Shown one piece after another: positions 26,988 to 32,000 of a stretch of DNA of 32,000 nucleotides. The stretch is from Pseudodesulfovibrio mercurii. GTDB lineage: Bacteria > Desulfobacterota > Desulfovibrionia > Desulfovibrionales > Desulfovibrionaceae. The stretch lies in assembly GCF_000189295.2 (NCBI RefSeq), contig NC_016803.1, positions 2,700,001-2,732,000 of the forward strand. Direction: 5' to 3'. Positions within the stretch are counted from its first letter, which is position 1, and the number at the start of each line of letters is the position of its first letter. The position numbers and the translations under genes are program-made. The notes under the pieces are model-generated. The model was given only the letters and a program-made list of their open reading frames with translations. It was not told the origin of the DNA and ran no database searches.

Positions 26988-27240
26988 GCGAAGGATGCCG
27001 CATGCCCGCTCCAATATGCTGAAATAAAAACAATATCAGAGGCGACGAACTGTGGGGGCGTGGGGCCTGGGCTCACACGGGCCGCGCCCTCCTCACAGGC
27101 GGTCCGTGTCTCGCGCCGGTCGGCCTTCACCAAGAAAAAACTTGCACGCTTTTCCGCCGCAAAACGGAGATGTTGTCGGCGCTCTCTTTAATATTAATTA
27201 ATACGGCATGTTGCAAAAGAATTTCTGCGGCTGCGCATGT

Positions 27241-27256
27241 TGGCACTTCATTTGAA
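27241..27256 (+). promoter_or_regulatory. sigma-54-like promoter candidate pointing into the non-coding spacer
   Basis: TGGCACTTCATTTGAA: perfect TGGCAC, correct spacing, -12 element TTGA instead of TTGC. An AT-rich tract (27186-27206) lies ~40 bp upstream. Confidence 0.3.
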
Positions 27257-27690
27257 AGAGGTGGATCGGGCCGGAGGAACCCCAGGCTTTATTGCCGAGA
27301 ATCACCTCCATGGGCGTGAAGCCGCCGGTGCGGTTTTCATCAATCCCGGATGGCCCACGGGTTCGCCGAGGCGGCCCCGTGACGGGATCGGCCTTGGGGC
27401 TTCGCGAAGCCCCGGACAGGTCGCCGCTGAAACGCGGGAGGAGTCAAGGCTCTGGCCGACGCCCGAAACAGCTCGCACCATTTCCATGGCCACACGTGGC
27501 GATTTCCGGCCCGCCGGATGCGCGGCTCGGGTTCGAGCCGCCGATATGAACCGGCGGCGGGCCAGGAAGGCATGGTGAAAACGGTGGGAGATGGCCGCCA
27601 TCGGACTGTCCGTGGCGGCCGACGCCTACACCGGAAGGCCTCGTGAAACGGCCTCCCGCATCGACGTGATGCGGGAGGCCTTGTGCGTCG
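27257..27690. other. hairpin-dense GC-rich non-coding spacer
   Basis: Perfect stems read directly: GGGGCTTCGCGAAGCCCC (27396-27413), GCGGCTCG-ggtt-CGAGCCGC (27522-41), GGCCGCCA-12 nt-TGGCGGCC (27593-27620) and GGCCTCCCGCATC-gacgt-GATGCGGGAGGCC (27650-80). ORFs here are Arg/Pro/Gly-rich, have lower GC3 than real genes, and lack an RBS. Confidence 0.5.
27650..27680 (-). terminator. 13-bp perfect hairpin downstream of the vWA gene (probable operon terminator, weak U-tract)
   Basis: 26 nt past the stop at 27706. On the minus strand the stem is followed by GTTTCAC. Confidence 0.5.
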
Positions 27691-27705
27691 GGCGGCCGGG
27701 ACGGC

Positions 27706-30700
27706 TCACCAGGCCAGGGCGAACTTCTCGACAAGCCGCCCGAACCGGGCCACGGCCTCGCCGTAGGGCAGGGTGCTGAGGTCGAAGTACTGCTTGAAGC
27801 TCGGCTCCTGGATGGGCTCCACGGCCACCTGGACGCAGTTGATGCCCCAACGGCTCTCCAACTCGTCCACCAGGCCGGTGAGGGAGGCCGGGCAGCATCC
27901 GTCGGTCGGCTGGCCGTCGCTGATCATGATGAGCAGCCGGTTCCTTTTTCGGCTCTGTTGGGCCAGGCGGGCCGCATAGTGGAGGGCCCCGCAATCGTTG
28001 TTGCCGCCGCCCGCCTGGAGCATGGCGATGGCGTGGCGTCGGAAGTCGCCGAGATCGTAGAGGGTTTCGTCGTCAAAGGCGTGGATGTGGCCGGTGATCC
28101 CCGGCAGGTCCTTCAGGGCTTCCGCGAGGAGCACGCCGAAGGAGCGCGCGAGTCCCATCCCCCTGCCGCACATGGAGCCGGACCGGTCGATGAGCAGCCC
28201 CACATAGGCGTCGGGATAGATGCGGACCTCGCGATTGATGAACAACCCGGTGCCGGGATGGAGCATGGACCGGCGCAGCCCCTGGGGATCGATCCGCTGG
28301 CCCCTGCGCGACTGCCTGTCCTCGACGACGCCGGTCCCGGCCCTTTCCATGAATGCCCTGAGGGGCCGGACGTACTGCCGCACCCTGCGCAGCTCGTTGT
28401 TCTGGGCGGCGGGATTCCGGTTCATGGGGACCACCCGGTCCAGCGGGGTGAAGCCGAGCCCGCCGGACAGGGGACGCGGCCTCGCCGGAGAGGTCTTCCG
28501 GAAATCGGGCGGCGCGGTGCGCCGGGGCAGGGAGCGGGACACGTCGCCCCGTTTCGCGCTGCCGTCGTCCTCCAGTATCTCCGGGAGATGGCCGCCCACC
28601 TCGTTCAGCCGCTTCAGGGTGGCGTCCAGCGCCGGGAGGATGCGGCGGAGCCGCCTGAGTATCTCGGCGATCTCGTTGTCCGTTGATGGTTCGAGTTCCA
28701 GGATCTCCCGTATCCTGATCGCCAGGTGGACCATCCGTGGGTGGCCGAGATTCCGGAACGTCGGCGGGATCTGGGCCAGGGCCCGGCGCACCGCGGCGTC
28801 CGCGGGCCGGTCCTCGACCGAGAACCCCGCGCGCAGGGCGAAGAAGAAGGCGAGCATCCTGCTTACGGTTCCGCCGAGCTGAACCTGCTCCCGGTGGGTC
28901 AGCCGGACCATCCGTCCCTCCAGGCGGCCTTCGAGCCTGCCGTCCTCGAAGTCCCGGCGCAACGAGTCCGGCGTCCGGTCCAGGGCCCGCGCCAGGTCGT
29001 CCAAGGGCACGGCGTTCCCGGGAAGCTCGGCAAAGACGTAGGTCAGGGTCCGGTCGAGGACCGCGCCGAAGGCGTCTCGTCTGCTCCGGAGGCGACGCTC
29101 CATCCGTTCGTCCATGAGGATGTCATACAGTTCTGTCACGCCCTGCCGCCGCGCCTGCCCCCTGGCGCTTCTGGCCCCTTTCGCGCCGATGTCGAAGACG
29201 TGATGTCCGATTTCGTGGAGGAGTATGCCTTTGACGACGGCCTCGCCCTGCGGGTGCCCGGAGGCTATGGGAAGGCTGCTCACCTCGATCCGCATGGGGC
29301 CGTCGGCCGAAGCCACGGTCCGGCCGATGCCGGTCCGGTACTGGGTTATTTCCGTTCCCCGGCCGGTCAATTCATAGCCGGTCCGGGCCGCCCACGCGTA
29401 GGCCCTGGAGAGGGCGGCCAGCCTGTCGGCGACCCAGACCGCCCTCCGAACGGGCGTCCAGTTCTCCATGAAGCCGGGCTGCCGGGGTTCCGTCAGCAGG
29501 AGGCGTTCCGCGTACTCCCGCACCTCCGGGGACGGATCGCCGAGGGCGTCGAGCAATTCGTTGGCGCACCGGGGGTCGTCCACGAACGAGAGCATGGTCA
29601 GGGCCATGGCGCGGACCTCTTCGCGGTCCTTTCTGGCGAACGCGATCAGGTGGGGAACGGCCTCGGGATCGTCCAGGATGGCGTAAAGGCAGCGCAGGGT
29701 GTCGCACCCGGCGAGACACATGCCCGGCAGGGGGCTCAACCGGGCGATCCGCTCACCGATCAGGGTGCTGTCGATATGCCTGATGGCGGCCATCCGCAGG
29801 TGCGAACCGGGCATCAGGTAGCGGGTGACAAGCGGGGCAAACTCGGCGTAATCCGTGGCCAGGTGATAGAGCAGGCGCAGTTCCAGCGTCTCCTCCATGC
29901 TGTCTTCGAGCCCCATGGTCAGCTTTTCCGAGAACAGGAGGGCCACGTCTATCAGGAGATGGGGGCACGTCACCTCCAGCACCGCCCAGAGGAAAAACCC
30001 GGTCTCTTCGTTGACCATGGCCCGCTCCTCGGCCCGGACGATCAGCTCCACCACCTTCCTTTCCGAAAAGTCGCGCATGAACCGGGCGAGCTCGGCGAAC
30101 AGTTTCGTCTCATCCTTGTCCAGCTTCCACAGGGGGGAGTCGAAAAGGGCGGTGTCGAACGGACCCGCGTATTCCGGAAGCAGGGCGAGGTTGAGAACGG
30201 CGTTGGCGTAGTCTATGGATTGGTCTTCGGACGCGCCGCCGTCGGGAGGGGGGCCTCCGGCGTTGCGCATCGCCTCCAACCGCCGGAGGGAAAGCCGCAC
30301 CGCGTCCTCCGGCGCTCTTCTCCTGAGCAGGTGCAGGGCCATGGAGGGGGTTCGTTCGATCTCCCGGCGCACGTCGGCCGAGATGCGGGGATTGGCCGCG
30401 CCGAACTCCCAGGCCGCGCCGAGAAACTCGACGAGTTCCTCCTGGTCCAGTTCGTCGTCGACCGCTTCGCCGGTGCGGGGCAATCCCTCATTCCAGCGGG
30501 CCATGGCCCGCAGCATGCCGCCCGCCGCTCCGGGGTCGTCCTTTGCCGCCCGCATGGCCAGCTCGAAGGAGACCTGGCCGCGTTCCGCAAGGTGTTCGAT
30601 CATCTCCCCGCCGACCGCGGGCGACCAGTCGAAGACCGTCCGCACCCGTTCCCAGTCCGAGGCGGGACACAGCGTCCCGCCCAGGCTCTCGACCAGTTCC

Positions 30701-30744
30701 TCCGCCTTGCGGCGGGCCATCCGTTCGGGGTTCACCGTGGCCAT
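27706..30744 (-). CDS. 1012-aa multidomain protein: N-terminal helical region with HEAT-like repeats, HExxH zincin motif, C-terminal vWA (MIDAS) domain
   Basis: Real part of track ORF 27706..31887. ATG 30744 lies 2 nt after the AAA+ stop, with GGAGGG in the AAA+ gene tail. HEAT-like repeats: DDPEAVPHLIAFARKDREEVRAMALTML..DDPRCANELLDALGDPSPEVREYAERLL (aa ~355-416). Zincin motif: GILLHEIGHHVF (aa 507-518, nt 29203-29217). MIDAS: LLIDRSGSM...AGGGNND...IMISDGQPTD (aa 850-948). Confidence 0.85.
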   Translation of the reverse strand: MATVNPERMARRKAEELVESLGGTLCPASDWERVRTVFDWSPAVGGEMIEHLAERGQVSFELAMRAAKDDPGAAGGMLRAMARWNEGLPRTGEAVDDELDQEELVEFLGAAWEFGAANPRISADVRREIERTPSMALHLLRRRAPEDAVRLSLRRLEAMRNAGGPPPDGGASEDQSIDYANAVLNLALLPEYAGPFDTALFDSPLWKLDKDETKLFAELARFMRDFSERKVVELIVRAEERAMVNEETGFFLWAVLEVTCPHLLIDVALLFSEKLTMGLEDSMEETLELRLLYHLATDYAEFAPLVTRYLMPGSHLRMAAIRHIDSTLIGERIARLSPLPGMCLAGCDTLRCLYAILDDPEAVPHLIAFARKDREEVRAMALTMLSFVDDPRCANELLDALGDPSPEVREYAERLLLTEPRQPGFMENWTPVRRAVWVADRLAALSRAYAWAARTGYELTGRGTEITQYRTGIGRTVASADGPMRIEVSSLPIASGHPQGEAVVKGILLHEIGHHVFDIGAKGARSARGQARRQGVTELYDILMDERMERRLRSRRDAFGAVLDRTLTYVFAELPGNAVPLDDLARALDRTPDSLRRDFEDGRLEGRLEGRMVRLTHREQVQLGGTVSRMLAFFFALRAGFSVEDRPADAAVRRALAQIPPTFRNLGHPRMVHLAIRIREILELEPSTDNEIAEILRRLRRILPALDATLKRLNEVGGHLPEILEDDGSAKRGDVSRSLPRRTAPPDFRKTSPARPRPLSGGLGFTPLDRVVPMNRNPAAQNNELRRVRQYVRPLRAFMERAGTGVVEDRQSRRGQRIDPQGLRRSMLHPGTGLFINREVRIYPDAYVGLLIDRSGSMCGRGMGLARSFGVLLAEALKDLPGITGHIHAFDDETLYDLGDFRRHAIAMLQAGGGNNDCGALHYAARLAQQSRKRNRLLIMISDGQPTDGCCPASLTGLVDELESRWGINCVQVAVEPIQEPSFKQYFDLSTLPYGEAVARFGRLVEKFALAW

Positions 30745-30746
30745 GG

Positions 30747-31835
30747 TCAACCCTCCAGCGTCCTGTTGGCCCTGAGCCAGACCATGCCGGCATCGCTGCC
30801 CGGGTCGTCCCAGCGCCCCTGATACCGCGCGCAGAACGAATCCTTCAGTATCTCGGGGAGCGGGTCCCCCGGAAACTCGTGCCGGTAGATCGGGTGGGAC
30901 AGGAGCAGGCACGCCTCCTGGGTGGCGCGCATGCTCAGGTCCAGGTCGAGGTCCCGGTCGGTGCGGATGGCCTCGGCGACCTTGACGACCCGGCGGATTT
31001 CCCGGAGCGGGACATCGGGATAGGTCCGGGAGAGGAGCCGGGCCTCGGCTTCGGGCGGCGGGTAGTCCACCTTGAGGGGCGCAAAACGGTCGAGTTGGGC
31101 CGGATCGACCGCCGTGGTCCCCGTGAACTGGGCGCCGTTGTTGATGGCCGCTATCCACTGCACGTTCTCGGGAATGGGGATGAACTCGCCGTTGACCGGG
31201 TTGAACATCTTGCGGGTTGCGTCCAGTGCGGACATGACCCCGTTGCGGGCCATTTCCCGGCAGCGGTTGAACTCGTCCAGGAAGATCAGGAAGCGTTCGT
31301 TGCTTTCCGCCGCCTCGGTGAGCGCCCTGAGAATGTCCGTCTCCACCCAGGTGAAGGTCCGCTTGCTTTGGTCCTCGGCCGGTTGCAGGCTGGCCAGGAA
31401 ATCCGTGGGGTCGTAGACCGCGCTGCAGTTGAAGAAGATGAAGCGGACGCCCAGGCTTTCCGCGACCTTGCGGGCGAGGACCGTCTTGCCCGATCCCTGG
31501 GGGCCGTCCAGCAGGATGCTCATGCGGTTTTCGAGCAGGACCTCCAGCTTGCGCAGGAGTGCTTCCGGGAAGAAGAAGTCGTCGCCGCCGAAGCGGGCCT
31601 CGCTGAAGTGGCGGACCTCGATGTAGCCCCGGCTGGAACGGGGCCTGCCCTTGATCCGGGTGACCCGGACCCGGCACGGACTGCCCGGAACGATCGCCTG
31701 GTCGTTGCTGAGTATCACCTTCGGCGCGCGCCTGTTGCCGATGTTTTTCGCCCTGAAGCGCCACGGGCCCTGTTTCGGGTTGAGGTGGAAGACCGTGGTG
31801 AATATGCCGGGCAGCCCGGCGTTGTCGTTTGTCAT
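30747..31835 (-). CDS. MoxR/AAA_5-class AAA+ ATPase with ~85-aa basic N-terminal extension
   Basis: LLDGPQGSGKT (Walker A), RFLIFLDEFNR (Walker B), WIAAINNG (sensor 1), VDPAQLDRF (Arg). GGAGA RBS before ATG 31835. Confidence 0.85.
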   Translation of the reverse strand: MTNDNAGLPGIFTTVFHLNPKQGPWRFRAKNIGNRRAPKVILSNDQAIVPGSPCRVRVTRIKGRPRSSRGYIEVRHFSEARFGGDDFFFPEALLRKLEVLLENRMSILLDGPQGSGKTVLARKVAESLGVRFIFFNCSAVYDPTDFLASLQPAEDQSKRTFTWVETDILRALTEAAESNERFLIFLDEFNRCREMARNGVMSALDATRKMFNPVNGEFIPIPENVQWIAAINNGAQFTGTTAVDPAQLDRFAPLKVDYPPPEAEARLLSRTYPDVPLREIRRVVKVAEAIRTDRDLDLDLSMRATQEACLLLSHPIYRHEFPGDPLPEILKDSFCARYQGRWDDPGSDAGMVWLRANRTLEG

Positions 31836-31875
31836 GCTCGTCTCCGATTGGTTGTGCGTGTTTTACGGCTCGCCG

Positions 31876-31891
31876 AGCAAAGTGCATTCCT
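31876..31891 (-). promoter_or_regulatory. sigma-54-like promoter candidate upstream of the AAA+/vWA operon
   Basis: Minus strand reads AGGAATGCACTTTGCT. It has GG-N10-GC spacing and a consensus TTTGCT -12 element, but a weak -24 element beyond the GG. It lies ~42 nt upstream of the ATG. An AT-rich tract (31921-31947) lies ~30-55 bp upstream. Confidence 0.35.
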
Positions 31892-32000
31892 TTTCCGCGA
31901 CGGCGAAACGATGATTCGCAACATACTGTATTTAATTGATCTATTCGCTTGCCGCCGGACGGTTTCCCGGAACGGACGCCGCCGGCTCCGAGGATGAAAG

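Noticed and set aside
25307-27022. 571-aa plus-strand ORF and 25323..26726 minus-strand ORF
   Set aside because: They are antisense or out of frame to the sigma-54 activator, whose frame carries GAFTGA and Walker motifs.
26945-27133. 63-codon N-terminal extension of the activator ORF
   Set aside because: It has no RBS and would cover the putative promoter and the AT-rich tract. ATG 26944 (MHIAIISD) is the more natural start.
27149-27157. Shared 9-mer CTTTTCCGC (also at 31890-31898) as a possible common bEBP or operator site for the two sigma-54-like regions
   Set aside because: A single 9-nt match in 32 kb is within chance expectation. The copy at 31890 overlaps the putative -24 element itself, and the flanking similarity (AAACG..GATG) is loose.
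27522-27541. GGTTCGAGCC-containing hairpin resembling a tRNA T-arm
   Set aside because: The stem is 8 bp with a 4-nt loop, not 5 bp with a 7-nt loop. No acceptor-stem complementarity or D/anticodon arms can be built from the flanks.
27237-27601. ORFs 27237..27578 (113 aa), 27292..27549 (85 aa) and 27302..27601 (99 aa, minus strand) in the spacer
   Set aside because: They are Arg/Pro/Gly-rich with visibly lower GC3 than neighbouring genes. None has a Shine-Dalgarno sequence; the sequence before ATG 27310 is CACCTCC, which is anti-SD-like. The frames run straight through perfect hairpins.
28726-30822. 698-aa plus-strand ORF and other plus-strand ORFs over 27958..31997
   Set aside because: They lie antisense to the vWA and AAA+ genes and have shadow composition.
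30745-31887. N-terminal 381 codons of the 1393-aa ORF 27706..31887
   Set aside because: This part overlaps the AAA+ gene in a different frame and is Arg/Gly/Pro/His-rich. The AAA+ frame carries the Walker motifs. The vWA protein starts at ATG 30744, which follows a GGAGGG RBS.

Overview
GC-rich bacterial chromosomal segment. Gene content, strong GC3 codon bias and palindromic intergenic elements look Desulfovibrio-like (deltaproteobacterial), but that taxonomy is inference. It falls into three blocks. (1) 1-14550 is a sugar/glycan-decoration locus. It holds a methyltransferase, a DegT-type aminotransferase, an SDR epimerase/dehydratase, a sulfotransferase-deacetylase fusion, a cytidylyltransferase, a metallophosphoesterase, an ATP-grasp enzyme, a radical SAM/SPASM enzyme, a zinc-ribbon methyltransferase and two glycosyltransferases. 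A canonical sigma-54 promoter lies at 4365-4380. (2) 14806-23925 is housekeeping: amidohydrolase, pyrB, pyrC, an HD-domain protein, an orphan acidic protein, folD, a small secreted protein and eno, mostly with readable intrinsic terminators. (3) 24091-31891 looks accessory. It holds a PcfJ-like protein and a sigma-54-dependent AAA+ activator, then a ~760-bp hairpin-dense non-coding spacer. Beyond the spacer is a tightly coupled two-gene operon: a MoxR/AAA_5-like ATPase with a basic N-terminal extension, followed by a 1012-aa protein combining HEAT-like repeats, an HExxH zincin motif and a C-terminal vWA/MIDAS domain. That operon is the best candidate for an undescribed system. Most other long ORFs in the track are antisense or out-of-frame shadow ORFs typical of GC-rich DNA. 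I saw no rRNA, tRNA, CRISPR array, transposase or integrase. All domain calls were made by eye from motifs; no searches were run.
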